Below, piece by piece: positions 38,269 through 48,106 of a DNA stretch of 64,000 nucleotides. Each line of letters opens with the position of its first letter. Position 1 is the first letter of the stretch. A model generated the notes under the pieces. It did not search any database. It was not told the origin of the DNA and was given only the letters and a program-made list of their open reading frames with translations. This DNA comes from an uncultured Thermoleophilaceae bacterium (GTDB lineage: Bacteria > Actinomycetota > Thermoleophilia > Solirubrobacterales > Thermoleophilaceae): contig CAVVTG010000001.1 of NCBI GenBank assembly GCA_963751105.1, positions 582,344-646,343 of the forward strand, written 5' to 3'. The position numbers and the translations under genes are program-made.

Positions 38269-38281
38269 CGGCCCGGCCGCG

Positions 38282-39445
38282 TCAGGCGAGTACCGACTCG
38301 CGCCGCCGGCGTCGCAGGAGGCGCGCCGCGGCCCAGACGATCAGGGCGATCAGGGCCAGCGGCACCCCGACCGCGAGAACCCGTATTAGGACACCGGCCG
38401 TGCCGACCAGGAGGTCGCCGGCGTCGCCGAGTGCGTCGTCGAAGCTCCCGCCTGCTCCGCCGTTGTCGTCCCCACCGTCGCCCGCGGGCTCGAGGCTCAC
38501 GTTGACGACCGCGTAGTCGGTGCGCAGCCGGAGGTCGCGCAGCTGACCGCGCAGCCCGTTGATCTCGCCGGCCACGAGGTCGAGCTGCCGGCGAAGCGCC
38601 TCGGCCTCCTCGTCGGTGGCGGCCTGCTCGAGCCGGGTCAGCAGGCCCGCACGCTGCGCCCGCGCGGCCTGCAGCCGGTCCTGGGCGGTGACCTGCTCGC
38701 GGGTCACGTCGCGGCCGGTCTGGCTCTGGGAGCGCACCGTGCCCAGCGATGACAGCTCGCGCAGCGCGGGCTGCAGCCGCTGGGTGGGAACGCGCAGCTC
38801 GAAGTCACCGCCGGAGCCCTCGTCGCCGGTGGAGAGCGAGGAGCTCAGCACGAAGCCACCGAAGCGGCCGGTGACCGCCGTGATCTCGTCGGCCACCCGG
38901 GCGAGCTCGTCGGCCGGGGTCTCGAGCTCCAGCGAGATGGTGCGCTCGATGGCGCGGTCGCGGTTGCCCGGGGCAAAGCCCTGATCGAACCCGCCCGCCT
39001 GGCCGGCCCGGGGCGCCACCTCCTGCACCGCGCCACCACCGCCGCCGCCCGAGTCAACGGCGCCGCTGCCGGCATCGTCATCCCCGCCACCCGACTGCGG
39101 CGATCCCACCAGGCTGACCACCAGCACGATCGGCAGCAGAATGGCGGTCACGGTCGCGAGCGCCGGGAACAGCCGCCGGGCGCCGGGTCCGATGCCGGCG
39201 CCCGCGGCGGTCAGCCGGGCGCGGATCGAGCCCTCCGCCGCAGGAAAGCCCGCGTCCACCCGCGCCCGCAGGTCGTGCTCGAACTCAGAGCCGGCCGTCG
39301 GGGCGTCCGCACGCAGCGCTAGCGCCAGCTCCTGGAGCACACGCGCCTCGGGATCGGCGTGGGTGGTGGCCCCGGAGTCGAGCGCCTCGTCGATGGCGAG
39401 GAGGTCGCGCTCGATCGTCGCGGTGGCCGGATCGTGTTCACTCAT
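38282..39445 (-). CDS. Membrane protein with coiled-coil ectodomain (resembles DUF4349), probable anti-sigma partner of the upstream ECF sigma
   Basis: There is an 8-nt overlap with the sigma gene stop. It has a cytoplasmic N-terminal helix, one TM (LFPALATVTAILLPIVLVVSLV), a Gly/Asp linker, a coiled-coil region and a C-terminal TM (VGVPLALIALIVWAAA). Confidence 0.65.
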   Translation of the reverse strand: MSEHDPATATIERDLLAIDEALDSGATTHADPEARVLQELALALRADAPTAGSEFEHDLRARVDAGFPAAEGSIRARLTAAGAGIGPGARRLFPALATVTAILLPIVLVVSLVGSPQSGGGDDDAGSGAVDSGGGGGGAVQEVAPRAGQAGGFDQGFAPGNRDRAIERTISLELETPADELARVADEITAVTGRFGGFVLSSSLSTGDEGSGGDFELRVPTQRLQPALRELSSLGTVRSQSQTGRDVTREQVTAQDRLQAARAQRAGLLTRLEQAATDEEAEALRRQLDLVAGEINGLRGQLRDLRLRTDYAVVNVSLEPAGDGGDDNGGAGGSFDDALGDAGDLLVGTAGVLIRVLAVGVPLALIALIVWAAARLLRRRRRESVLA

Positions 39446-39935
39446 GGCACGCCTCTCGCAGCTTGAGGATGGTTCGGTGCAGGCGGGTGCCCACGTTGGA
39501 CTCGGACAGGCCGAGCACGCCACCGATCTCGGCGTTGGAGAGCCCGCCGGCGAACTTGAGCGCGACCATGTCGCGCTCCTGTCCGTCCAGGGTGGCGAGC
39601 GCGCGCCGTACGGTCTCGCGTCGCACGGCCAGCTCGGCGTGGTCGTCGAGGCCGGGCGCGTCGTGGTCCGCGGGATCGGTCTCCAGCCGGGCGCGGCGCT
39701 TGCGCCGCCGCAGCTCGTCGAGGGCCGCGTTGCGAGCGATTCCGAACAGCCAGGCGTCCATGCTGCCGCGGCTCTCGCGGTAGCTGCGCCGCTTGCGGTA
39801 GGCCCGCTCGTAGGCCTGCGCGGTCACGTCCTCGGCGCTCGCCCGGTCACGCAGCAAGGAGGCCACGTAGGCGTACACCCGCGGGAAGGTGCGCTCGTAG
39901 AGCTCGGCAAACCCCTCGGTCCTCGTGGCCGCCAT
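39438..39935 (-). CDS. ECF-type RNA polymerase sigma factor
   Basis: Region 2 is FAELYERTFPRVYAYVASLL...AEDVTAQAYERAY. Region 4 is LDGQERDMVALKFAGGLSNAEIGGVLGLSESNVGTRLHR. Confidence 0.88.
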   Translation of the reverse strand: MAATRTEGFAELYERTFPRVYAYVASLLRDRASAEDVTAQAYERAYRKRRSYRESRGSMDAWLFGIARNAALDELRRRKRRARLETDPADHDAPGLDDHAELAVRRETVRRALATLDGQERDMVALKFAGGLSNAEIGGVLGLSESNVGTRLHRTILKLREACHE

Positions 39936-40055
39936 CAGGGTCACTGGTTCTACAACCGCCTCACCCACGCCACTACTACGACGCGGCGTCCAACTCATCA
40001 CCAGATTCGGGAACTTGCCCTAAAGGAGCGGCTCCGGGGGTCGATAACCGGAAGC

Positions 40056-40739
40056 GTGGCACGACGATCCGCCCTCTCCGTCTCCGTCCTCGCGCTGGCC
40101 GCGTCCCTCCTGGCAGTCCCCGCGGCTCACGCGGGCCTGAAGCTCCCGCCCGGCGCCGACGCCGCGCCGAAGCTGCCCGCCGGCGTGGTTGCCGCCTCGA
40201 AGGCGCCCGTCCCGCTCGGCTCCGGCCCGGCACATGGCATGGCCGCCTCTGCGTCCGCCGCACGTACCGTCTTCCAGTTCACCGAGGGCCCGCCGCCGCT
40301 GTGGGCCACGGTCAACATCTGCGATACCGAGGAGTCCCCCAACGCCCTCGGCGTGCGCACCAGCGTGCCCGGCAACGGCAGCGGCCGGCTCGTCTACGCC
40401 CGCTACACCGCCCAGTGGTGGAGCAGGGCCAAGCAGGCCTGGCTCAGCGTGAACGGAGCCGGGAAGACGGACTGGAACTACGTGGGCCGGCAGAACAGCC
40501 ATCCCCACCAGGCCGGCTGGACCTTCCGCTTCTCCCAGCCGCCGGAAGCAACCACCTACGTGATCCGGGGCGTGGTCGAGCTCAGCTGGCGCGACCAGGC
40601 CGAGGCGAGCAGCAAGCGCCGCAAGCGTGCCCGCCGCTCGGTGGTGAAGCGCCAGGCTCTGCTCACCGAAACCGGCATGCAGGGCGTGGGCGGCGGCGAT
40701 CCGGTGGGAACGTCGAAGGCGATGTGCCTCATCTGGTAG
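40056..40739 (+). CDS. Secreted protein, uncharacterised (paralogue 1; has a basic C-terminal extension)
   Basis: The GTG at 40056 gives the signal peptide VARRSALSVSVLALAASLLAVPAAHA. It shares WA.VNIC.T, TAQW.S and QAGWTF.(F/L)S with the next gene. Confidence 0.6.
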   Translation: MARRSALSVSVLALAASLLAVPAAHAGLKLPPGADAAPKLPAGVVAASKAPVPLGSGPAHGMAASASAARTVFQFTEGPPPLWATVNICDTEESPNALGVRTSVPGNGSGRLVYARYTAQWWSRAKQAWLSVNGAGKTDWNYVGRQNSHPHQAGWTFRFSQPPEATTYVIRGVVELSWRDQAEASSKRRKRARRSVVKRQALLTETGMQGVGGGDPVGTSKAMCLIW

Positions 40740-40798
40740 CGAGCCGCTGCGCCGTGGTCTAGTCTCCGAACGAGGAGGGTAGGACCGAAGACGACGAC

Positions 40799-41221
40799 TT
40801 GGCTTCGCGCAAGCTCACCGCAATCGCCCTGAGTGCGGCCCTGGCAGCCGTCCTCGCCGCCCCTGCCTCCGCTCGCCAGCAGGACAGCCTGTCGTCCTCC
40901 TGGGCGAACGTCAACATCTGCAGCACGAGCCAGCTCGGCGCCCGCGCCCAGCTGGCCGGGGACGGATCCTCGGACGCCATGCAGGTGCGCTTCACCGCCC
41001 AGTGGCTCAGTCCCGGCGGCTGGGTGCCGCTCAACGGGGCCGCCACCTCACCCTGGCAGTCCGCCGGCTCGGCTGAGTACACATGGGGCCAGGCCGGCTG
41101 GACCTTCTCGCTGAGCGTGCCGGCCGGCAAGAGCTACCAGCTCCGTGCCGTGGCCGAGATGCAGATGGGCTCCGGCCGCACGGCCACGCAGGTCACCGGC
41201 AGCTGCTCGGTCTCGGGCTAG
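40799..41221 (+). CDS. Secreted protein, uncharacterised (paralogue 2)
   Basis: The TTG start gives the signal peptide MASRKLTAIALSAALAAVLAAPASA. It carries the motifs WANVNICST, FTAQWLS and QAGWTFSLS. Confidence 0.6.
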   Translation: MASRKLTAIALSAALAAVLAAPASARQQDSLSSSWANVNICSTSQLGARAQLAGDGSSDAMQVRFTAQWLSPGGWVPLNGAATSPWQSAGSAEYTWGQAGWTFSLSVPAGKSYQLRAVAEMQMGSGRTATQVTGSCSVSG

Positions 41222-41227
41222 CTCGGG

Positions 41228-41950
41228 CTAACCCGGCGTGTCGAACAGCCGCGGGTCGTTGGTGATGACCCCGTCAACGCCGAGGGCTTCGAGCTCGCGT
41301 ATGCGCCGCGCGTCGTCGACCGTCCAGACGTAGACCTGGCCGCCGGCGCTCCGGACCTCCTCCACGAGCCGGCTGCTGACCAGCACCTGATGGGCCATCA
41401 CCGCTTCGCAGCCCCCGGCACGGATTCGGGCGGCCGCTTGGCCGGGCAGGCGCGAGCGCATCACCCGCACGAGCAGGTAGGCCGGGAGCGCGAGCGGGGA
41501 GCGCAGGTAGTTGCGCTTCACGCGCGGGACCGACCAGCCACGCCGCAACTCGGGCGACAGCTCACCCAGACGGTCAAGGCTCTCCGTGTACATGCTCGAC
41601 ACCAGCGAGCGCTCCAGCAGGCCGCGCCCGGCCAGGCCGTCCACCACCTCTCCCTCGTACCCGGGCAGCTTCAGGTCCACGTCGAGTTCGACGCCCGCAT
41701 AGGCCTCTCCCGCGAAGTGGTCGAGCCCCTCGTCCAGTGTGAGGCAGTCGCGGCCCTCGGCGTCCTCGTAGTCGTGCGCCAGCACGAGGCGTCCGTCGGG
41801 AGTGCGCAGCACGTCGAACTCGATCATGTCCACACCGTGCTCGAGAGCGGCCTCGAAGCTTTCGATCGTGTTGCCCGGCGCCACGTGGTCGGCGCCCTTG
41901 TGGCCCACCCGTATGAGCGGATCGCGCGCAGCCGCCGGCTGCTTGCGCAC
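41228..41950 (-). CDS. Glycerophosphodiester phosphodiesterase family protein
   Basis: [33 protein letters not shown] and VWTVDD are GDPD motifs. Start is the GTG at 41950 (1-nt overlap with the nei stop) or at 41962. Confidence 0.82.
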   Translation of the reverse strand: MRKQPAAARDPLIRVGHKGADHVAPGNTIESFEAALEHGVDMIEFDVLRTPDGRLVLAHDYEDAEGRDCLTLDEGLDHFAGEAYAGVELDVDLKLPGYEGEVVDGLAGRGLLERSLVSSMYTESLDRLGELSPELRRGWSVPRVKRNYLRSPLALPAYLLVRVMRSRLPGQAAARIRAGGCEAVMAHQVLVSSRLVEEVRSAGGQVYVWTVDDARRIRELEALGVDGVITNDPRLFDTPG

Positions 41951-42765
41951 TACCCTTGACACTCCGGGCACCAGTACGTCGTCCGGTTGTCGTCGCCCTG
42001 CCCGCGCGCCTTGATCCGCGTGCCGCAGCGGCGGCAGGGCAGTCCCGTGCGCTCGAACACCCACATCCGGCGCTCGCCCCTGCGCAGCGGCTTCTCCGGC
42101 TCGTAGCTGACGATGCGGCCGCCGCGCTCCACCGACAGCTCCATCAGTGGCCTGATGCCTGTGACTATGGCGAGCACCTCGTCGTCGCGGACGTCGCCCA
42201 CCCGGCGCCAGGGATCGACTCCCGCGAGGAAGCAGCCCTCCGACTTCCACACGTTGCCGATCCCGGACAGGTTGCGCTGGTCGAGCAGGGCGTCGCCGAT
42301 CCCGCGCGTCGGATCGTCCCCGCGCAGCAGTCGCAGGAACCGGCGTTCGTCGAAATCCGAGGCGAGGACGTCGGGGCCCAGGCCCGCGAGCCGCTGGTCG
42401 AAACGGGTTCGCGAGTCGGTCATCAGCTCGAGCACCGGACCGTCGAACTCGACCACCTCATGCTCGGCCGTGCGGATCACGAGCCAGGCGCGCCGGGGAG
42501 AGCGCCGCCAGCGCTCGCCGCGCCGGTAGACGCCCCACTTGCCGGTCATGCGCAGATGGGAGTGGAGGGTCAGGTCGCCCTCGAAGCGGATGAACAGGTG
42601 CTTGCCCGTGGCGTCGACGGCGCGCACGCCGCGTCCGTCCAGGCGCTCGGGCCAGCGATCCTGGGCGTGACGGGCCTGCGGAGTCTCGATCTCCTCGATG
42701 TCGCTGCCGACGAGCGCGTCGCGGATCCGGCGCGCGGCGTAGTGGATGGTGTCGCCCTCGGGCAC
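41950..42765 (-). CDS. nei: Fpg/Nei family DNA glycosylase (endonuclease VIII-like)
   Basis: The start (M)PEGDTIHY provides the catalytic N-terminal Pro. It has H2[19 protein letters not shown] and the C-terminal zinc finger CRRCGTRI...YWCPECQ. Confidence 0.92.
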   Translation of the reverse strand: MPEGDTIHYAARRIRDALVGSDIEEIETPQARHAQDRWPERLDGRGVRAVDATGKHLFIRFEGDLTLHSHLRMTGKWGVYRRGERWRRSPRRAWLVIRTAEHEVVEFDGPVLELMTDSRTRFDQRLAGLGPDVLASDFDERRFLRLLRGDDPTRGIGDALLDQRNLSGIGNVWKSEGCFLAGVDPWRRVGDVRDDEVLAIVTGIRPLMELSVERGGRIVSYEPEKPLRRGERRMWVFERTGLPCRRCGTRIKARGQGDDNRTTYWCPECQG

Positions 42766-42795
42766 TTCACCGAGGGTACGTGGCTGCTACCGCAG

Positions 42796-43008
42796 TCAGG
42801 CCTGCCCGGCCGGATAGCGATGCGCCAGCTCGGCACGCGAGCGCACCCCCAGCTTGCGGTAGATCCGAGACAGGTGGGATTCGATCGTCTTCTCGGAGAG
42901 CACGAGCTGGGCAGCCACCTCGCGGTTGGTCCGTCCCTCCGCCACGAGCGCCGCGACGGTGACCTCGGTCGGAGTGAGGCCGTGCCCAGACGCGCTCAGG
43001 CCACTCAT
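42796..43008 (-). CDS. Stand-alone LuxR/GerE-type HTH protein (70 aa)
   Basis: It carries LTPTEVTVAALVAEGRTNREVAAQLVLSEKTIESHLSRIYRKLGV. The ATG at 43008 lies 2 nt after the lhr stop. Confidence 0.7.
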   Translation of the reverse strand: MSGLSASGHGLTPTEVTVAALVAEGRTNREVAAQLVLSEKTIESHLSRIYRKLGVRSRAELAHRYPAGQA

Positions 43009-43010
43009 GC

Positions 43011-46000
43011 TCAGGCGCTGAGCGTGAGCTTGCGCGGGCTCTGGCGAAAGCCCAGCTCGATCAGGAGCGCCCCGACCTCGGTGCCCACCACGGGCTCGCC
43101 GTCGAAGCGCTCGAGCCCGAGACGCGGCACCCGGCCGCGCTTGACGGCGTCGGCCAAAGCCTCGAGGGCGGGCCGCAGCCAGTCCTCCTCCGGCTCCCGC
43201 AGCGCGAGCAGCGCCTTGCCGCCGCGCTCCACGTACAGCACCGGCTCGGCGTCGAGCGACACCACGAAGGCACCGGGCACGCGCGAGGGCCGCCGGGCCT
43301 CGTCGTCGCGCTTGGGCCATGGGAGCGTGGCGCCATAGGGATTGGCCGGGTCGGTCACCGCCAGCACGAGCGGGCCGCCGGCCTCGTCGCTGCGCATCGA
43401 GCGCAGCCGCTCGATCGCCGCGGAGAGCGCGAACTGCGCCCCGCCGAGCCCCTCGACGAAGTAGCCGCGGCGAGCCGTGCCCAGGGTCTCGAGGTTGGCC
43501 AGCTCACCGTAGAGGCCCGAGAAGCCACCGGGGATCCCCTCGGCCAGCACGGTCTCGCGCGTGACTATGCCGTAGCGCTCCAGCAGCACCTCGGCGAGGG
43601 CGCGCATGCGGGGCCCGTGAGCGGGCGCACCGGCGAACAACGGCCCGGTGAGCGACCAGCGCCCCTGCACCTGGGGAGCCCCGGGGCGGCGGCGGCGGGC
43701 AAAGCGCCGGCCGGCGTCGCGTTCGCGCCGAGCCACGCTCAGGCGAGGTGAGCGCAGCGGAGCAAAGGCGTCGTTGGTCACCTCGCCGGCCCAGACGAGA
43801 TCCCACAACGCCTCCTGCAGCTCCACCGGCTCGGCCTCGCCGAGGTCGGCCAGCAGGTCGCTCCAGAAGCCGGCGCCCCGCTCGAGCCGCTCCCGCAGCG
43901 CGTCGTGAAGCGGCTCAGCCGGCGCCTCTCCCTTGACAGGCGGCGGACCGAGCCAGCGCGCGTCCTCTCGGAAGTAGAGCGCCACCCGTCCGGTGCGCCG
44001 GCCGGTGGCCCCGGCGCCCACCCAGACGAGCTCCCCGCTCGCGCACAGCTGGTCCATCCAGGACGGCGAGTAGGCGCCCACGCGCCGCGGCAGGACGTCG
44101 CGCTCCCAGACTTCGGGAGCGAGGGCCAGGCCCTGAAGGGGCACGAGCTGCTCACGCATGCGGTCCACGCCGGCGCCACCGGGCGGCGCGCCGTCCACGC
44201 CCTGCCAGGCGGGCAGGAAGCGGGCGAGCGCACGCTGCTCGGCCGGCTCGACCTCCTTGCGCAGGCTGGCCAGCGAAGCGCGGCGCAGGCGCCGCAGCAC
44301 GTCCGGATCGCACCACTCGCGCTCGCTGCCGCCGGGCCGAAGCTCGCCGCGGATGAGCGAGCCCGCCCGCTCGAGCTCGCGCAGGACGGGCCCGAAGTCG
44401 AGGGCGTACCGGTCAGAGACGTCGCGGGTGGTGAAGGGACCATGGGTACGGGCGTAGCGGCGGGCGAGCCGGGCCAGGGGCTCGTCGACGTCCTCCAGGA
44501 ACACGGCCGGCAACCCGCCGGGGGGCACGGCGCCCAGCGCGTCGCGATACAGGCCCGCGTCCTCACTCGCTATCCAGCGCTCCTCACCGCCGATACGCAT
44601 CTTCACCGCACGGCGCGTCCTCTCGAGGTCGGTGAGGATCCGCCGGGCGGCCACGGCCTCGAGGCAGCGCTCCTGCGCCTCGGCGACGGTCAGGTCCCCC
44701 ACCGCACGCAGCACGTCGTGCAGGCTGTCGGCGTTGGCCGCCTTCGTGCGCTCGCTCAGGCGCTGGAGATCGGCCTCCACCTCCGCCAGCGCGTCCGGGT
44801 CGATCAGCTCACGCAGCTCCTCCTGGCCGAGTAGCTCACGCAGGAGGTCACGATCGAGCGAGAGCGCGGCCGCCCGCCGCTCGGCGTTCGGCGTGTCGCC
44901 CTCGTACATGTAGGTGGCCACGTAGTCGAACAGCAGCGACGACGCGAAGGGGGAGGCCCGCTGCGTCTCGACCTCGACCAGCGACAGCTCGCGGGTGTGC
45001 AGGCCGCGCAACAGCTCCTCGAGCCCGGGCAAGTCGAGCACGTCGCGCAGGCATTCGCGGTAGGTCTCGAGCACGATCGGGAACTGCCCGTAGCGCTTGG
45101 CCACCTCGAGCAGCGACTGCGCCTTCAGGCGCTGCTGCCACAGCGGCGTGCGCTTACCGGGGTAGGCGCGGGGGAGGAGCAGGGCGCGAGCCGCGTTCTC
45201 GCGGAAGCGGGCGCCGAACAGGGCGGAGCTCGACAGCTCCTTGACCACCATCTCCTCGACCAGATCGGGCTCGACCATCACCAGCTCGGCGCCCGGCGGC
45301 TCGTCGGAGTCGGGCAGGTGGACGATGATGCCGTCGTCGGACCATATGGCGTCGGACTCGAGGCCGAACTCGTCGCGGATACGCGCGCTCAGGGCCAGCG
45401 CCCAGGCTGAATGCACCCGCCCACCGAAGGGCGACAGCACGCACAGGCGCCAGTCGCCGATCTCGTCGCGGAAGCGCTCGATCACGATCGTGCGGTCGCT
45501 CGGCACCACCCGCGTCGCGTCGCGCTGCTCCCGCAGGAAGGAGGAGAGGTTCTTCGCCGCCCGCTCGTCGAGGTCGTAGCCCGCGGCCAGCTCGGCTGGA
45601 TCCTGGTCCACGGCCGTGCGGGAGAAGGCGCCGATCGCGGCGCCCAGCTCCTTGGGCCGGCCGATGCCCTCGCCGCGCCAGAAGGGCACAGCGCCGGGAG
45701 CGCCCGGGGCGGGGGTGACGATCACCCGGTCGCGGGTGATCTCCTCGATGCGCCAGGTGGAGGCGCCGAGCAGGAAGGTCTGTCCCGGGCGAGCCTCGTA
45801 GACCATCTCCTCGTCGAGCTCGCCCACCCGGCGGCCGTCGGGCAGGTTCACTCCGTACAGGCCGCGGTCGGGAATGGTTCCCGCGTTGGTCACGGCCAGC
45901 TGGCGGGCGCCCTTGCGAGCGCGGATCGTGTCCTCCACCCGGTCCCAGACGATGCGCGGGCGCAGCTCGGCGAACTCCTCGGACGGATAGCGGCCGTCGA

Positions 46001-47474
46001 GCATGTCGAGCACGCTGTCGAGCAGCTCCCTCGACAGCTCGGCGAACGGGTATGCGCGGCGGATGGTGTCGTGGAGGGCCGGGACCTTGAGCTCGTCGCC
46101 GGGCGCGGTCATGGCCACGATCTGCTGGGCGAGCACGTCGAGCGGGTTGCGGGGGATCACCGTCGACTCGATGTCGCCGTCGCGCATGCGCTTGGCCACC
46201 ACCGCGCACTCGAGCAGGTCGGCCCTGAACTTGGGGAAGATGCGGCCCCGCGACACGTCGCCGACGTTGTGACCGGCCCGGCCGATCCGCTGCAGCCCCG
46301 CGGTCACAGACTTGGGCGACTCCACCTGGATGACCAGGTCCACCGCTCCCATGTCGATGCCGAGCTCGAGCGAGGAGGTGGCCACCAGGCAGGGCAGCTG
46401 CCCGGACTTGAGCAGGTCCTCGACCACCAGGCGCTCCTCGCGGGCCAGGGAGCCGTGGTGCGCGCGTGCGACATAGAGCGCTTCGCCACCCCCGAGCCGT
46501 TCTTCCCACTCGGGGTCCTCCCCCGCCAGCTCGTTCAAACGCACCGCCAGCCGCTCGGCGCCGCGCCGGGCGTTGACGAAGATGATCGTCGAGCGGTGCT
46601 GCTTCACGAGCTCGAGCAGCTCGGGGTAGATCGCCGGCCAGATCGAGCGCTGCGTGGTGGGCGGGGTGTCGCCCACTCCGAAGCCGTCGCTCGTGCCCAC
46701 CAGGTCGCCGCCTCCGGCCGCGGTGCCCATGCCGCCCACGGCGGGGTCCGTGACGTCATGGGCGTCCGGCTCGGACATGTTCTCCACCGGCACGTGGATC
46801 TTCAGGTCTAGTGGCTTGCGCACGCCGGTGTCGACCACCGTGCAGTCCCGCCCCGCCCCGGCCAGGAAGCGGCCCACCTCTTCGAGCGGTTTCTGAGTGG
46901 CCGACAGGCCGATCCGCTGCAGCGGGCGCCCGGCCAGTTCCTCGAGCCGCTCGAGCGTCAGCGCCAGGTGGGCGCCGCGCTTGGTTCGGGCCACCGCGTG
47001 GATCTCGTCGACGATCACCCACTCGGTGTCCACCAGGAACTCGCGGGCACGCGACGTGAGCATCAGGTAGAGCGACTCCGGCGTCGTGATGAGCACGTCC
47101 GGCGGGGTGCGCAGCATCGCCTGACGCTCCTTCTGCGGCGTGTCTCCCGTGCGGATGGCCACGCTGATGTCGCCACCGATGCCCTTCAGCGGGGCGCGCA
47201 GGTTCTTCTCGACGTCGTAGGAGAGCGCCTTCAGGGGAGAGACGTACACGAGGCGGGTGCGGCGCGGCTCGGCGGGTTCGGCCACCAGGCGATCGAGTCC
47301 CCAGAGGAAGGCGGCCAGGGTCTTGCCCGAGCCCGTGGGGGCGGAGACGAGAACGTTCTCGCCCCCCGCAATGGCGGGCCAGGCCTGCTCCTGGGCCTCC
47401 GTCGGGCGCTCGAAGGAACGCGTGAACCAATCACGGACCTGCGGGGTGAACGATGCGAGCGGGTCTGGCGTCAC
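43011..47474 (-). CDS. lhr: ATP-dependent helicase Lhr (large helicase-related protein, 1487 aa)
   Basis: It has SF2 motifs APTGSGKTL, VIVDEIHAV and HHGSL, plus the long Lhr-specific C-terminal region. nei lies downstream, as in mycobacterial lhr-nei operons. Confidence 0.93.
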   Translation of the reverse strand: MTPDPLASFTPQVRDWFTRSFERPTEAQEQAWPAIAGGENVLVSAPTGSGKTLAAFLWGLDRLVAEPAEPRRTRLVYVSPLKALSYDVEKNLRAPLKGIGGDISVAIRTGDTPQKERQAMLRTPPDVLITTPESLYLMLTSRAREFLVDTEWVIVDEIHAVARTKRGAHLALTLERLEELAGRPLQRIGLSATQKPLEEVGRFLAGAGRDCTVVDTGVRKPLDLKIHVPVENMSEPDAHDVTDPAVGGMGTAAGGGDLVGTSDGFGVGDTPPTTQRSIWPAIYPELLELVKQHRSTIIFVNARRGAERLAVRLNELAGEDPEWEERLGGGEALYVARAHHGSLAREERLVVEDLLKSGQLPCLVATSSLELGIDMGAVDLVIQVESPKSVTAGLQRIGRAGHNVGDVSRGRIFPKFRADLLECAVVAKRMRDGDIESTVIPRNPLDVLAQQIVAMTAPGDELKVPALHDTIRRAYPFAELSRELLDSVLDMLDGRYPSEEFAELRPRIVWDRVEDTIRARKGARQLAVTNAGTIPDRGLYGVNLPDGRRVGELDEEMVYEARPGQTFLLGASTWRIEEITRDRVIVTPAPGAPGAVPFWRGEGIGRPKELGAAIGAFSRTAVDQDPAELAAGYDLDERAAKNLSSFLREQRDATRVVPSDRTIVIERFRDEIGDWRLCVLSPFGGRVHSAWALALSARIRDEFGLESDAIWSDDGIIVHLPDSDEPPGAELVMVEPDLVEEMVVKELSSSALFGARFRENAARALLLPRAYPGKRTPLWQQRLKAQSLLEVAKRYGQFPIVLETYRECLRDVLDLPGLEELLRGLHTRELSLVEVETQRASPFASSLLFDYVATYMYEGDTPNAERRAAALSLDRDLLRELLGQEELRELIDPDALAEVEADLQRLSERTKAANADSLHDVLRAVGDLTVAEAQERCLEAVAARRILTDLERTRRAVKMRIGGEERWIASEDAGLYRDALGAVPPGGLPAVFLEDVDEPLARLARRYARTHGPFTTRDVSDRYALDFGPVLRELERAGSLIRGELRPGGSEREWCDPDVLRRLRRASLASLRKEVEPAEQRALARFLPAWQGVDGAPPGGAGVDRMREQLVPLQGLALAPEVWERDVLPRRVGAYSPSWMDQLCASGELVWVGAGATGRRTGRVALYFREDARWLGPPPVKGEAPAEPLHDALRERLERGAGFWSDLLADLGEAEPVELQEALWDLVWAGEVTNDAFAPLRSPRLSVARRERDAGRRFARRRRPGAPQVQGRWSLTGPLFAGAPAHGPRMRALAEVLLERYGIVTRETVLAEGIPGGFSGLYGELANLETLGTARRGYFVEGLGGAQFALSAAIERLRSMRSDEAGGPLVLAVTDPANPYGATLPWPKRDDEARRPSRVPGAFVVSLDAEPVLYVERGGKALLALREPEEDWLRPALEALADAVKRGRVPRLGLERFDGEPVVGTEVGALLIELGFRQSPRKLTLSA

Positions 47475-47538
47475 AGGACCCCTGAGCGTACCGTCTCAGG
47501 GTGGCCGGGCTCAGCGCGTCCGGCTACGCTGAAGCCAC

Positions 47539-47862
47539 ATGAACTCCTTGCGAAATCGGTTGGCTGCCGTCGTGATCGCTGCCGTGCTCTCGGTCGGCGC
47601 GGCGGCCTGCGGGGCGGAGGACGAGGGCAACGAGCTGCGCGATCAGGTGGAGAGCTCGGCCGACGAGGTGCGCAAGGAGGCCGAGGACCTGCGCAAGGAG
47701 ATCGAGGAGGGCACGAAGACCTCCCGAGAGGAGCTCGAGAAGGCCGCCGACGACCTCAAGAAGGAGGCCGATCAGGCGGAGAAGGACCTCGAAGGGAACG
47801 CCGACGAGCTGCGCAAGGAGGCGGAGGAGCTGCGCAAGGAGCTCGAGGAGCAGGCGCCCTAG
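47539..47862 (+). CDS. Small lipoprotein with charged coiled-coil repeats
   Basis: It has a signal peptide plus lipobox (LSVGAAAC). Repeated (A/E)(D/E)ELRKEAE(D/E)LRKE units follow. Confidence 0.65.
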   Translation: MNSLRNRLAAVVIAAVLSVGAAACGAEDEGNELRDQVESSADEVRKEAEDLRKEIEEGTKTSREELEKAADDLKKEADQAEKDLEGNADELRKEAEELRKELEEQAP

Positions 47863-47870
47863 GCTCCGGC

Positions 47871-48092
47871 TCAGCTCGCCCGCGGCAGCGTGCTCTCGGC
47901 CACCACGCGGTGCAGCTGGACCCCGAGCGCGACTCCCGCGAGGCCGAGCGCCGTGATCGCCCCGGCCTCGGGACTCAGCAGCAGCGCGGCCGCCGGGATG
48001 AGCGCCGCGACGGCCGGCAGGATCCGCCAGCGCCCGGCGGCCAGGCCGGCGAAGGTGGAGAGGAGAAGTACGGCACAGACGACGACTGCCAT
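47871..48092 (-). CDS. Small hydrophobic membrane protein (73 aa, 2-3 TMS)
   Basis: An AAGGAG RBS lies 7 nt upstream of the ATG at 48092. It sits directly downstream of the NlpC/P60 gene. Confidence 0.5.
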   Translation of the reverse strand: MAVVVCAVLLLSTFAGLAAGRWRILPAVAALIPAAALLLSPEAGAITALGLAGVALGVQLHRVVAESTLPRAS

Positions 48093-48106
48093 GGTCAGGT
48101 CTCCTT

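Noticed and set aside
47475-47538. A PafBC/RecA-NDp-type promoter (TGTCGGTG-N8-TANNNT) upstream of lhr, and likewise upstream of ku (752-827) and the WYL regulator (60096-60176).
   Set aside because: Only a TACGCT -10-like hexamer is present upstream of lhr. I could not see any TGTC(G/A)GTG element at the right spacing in any of the three regions.
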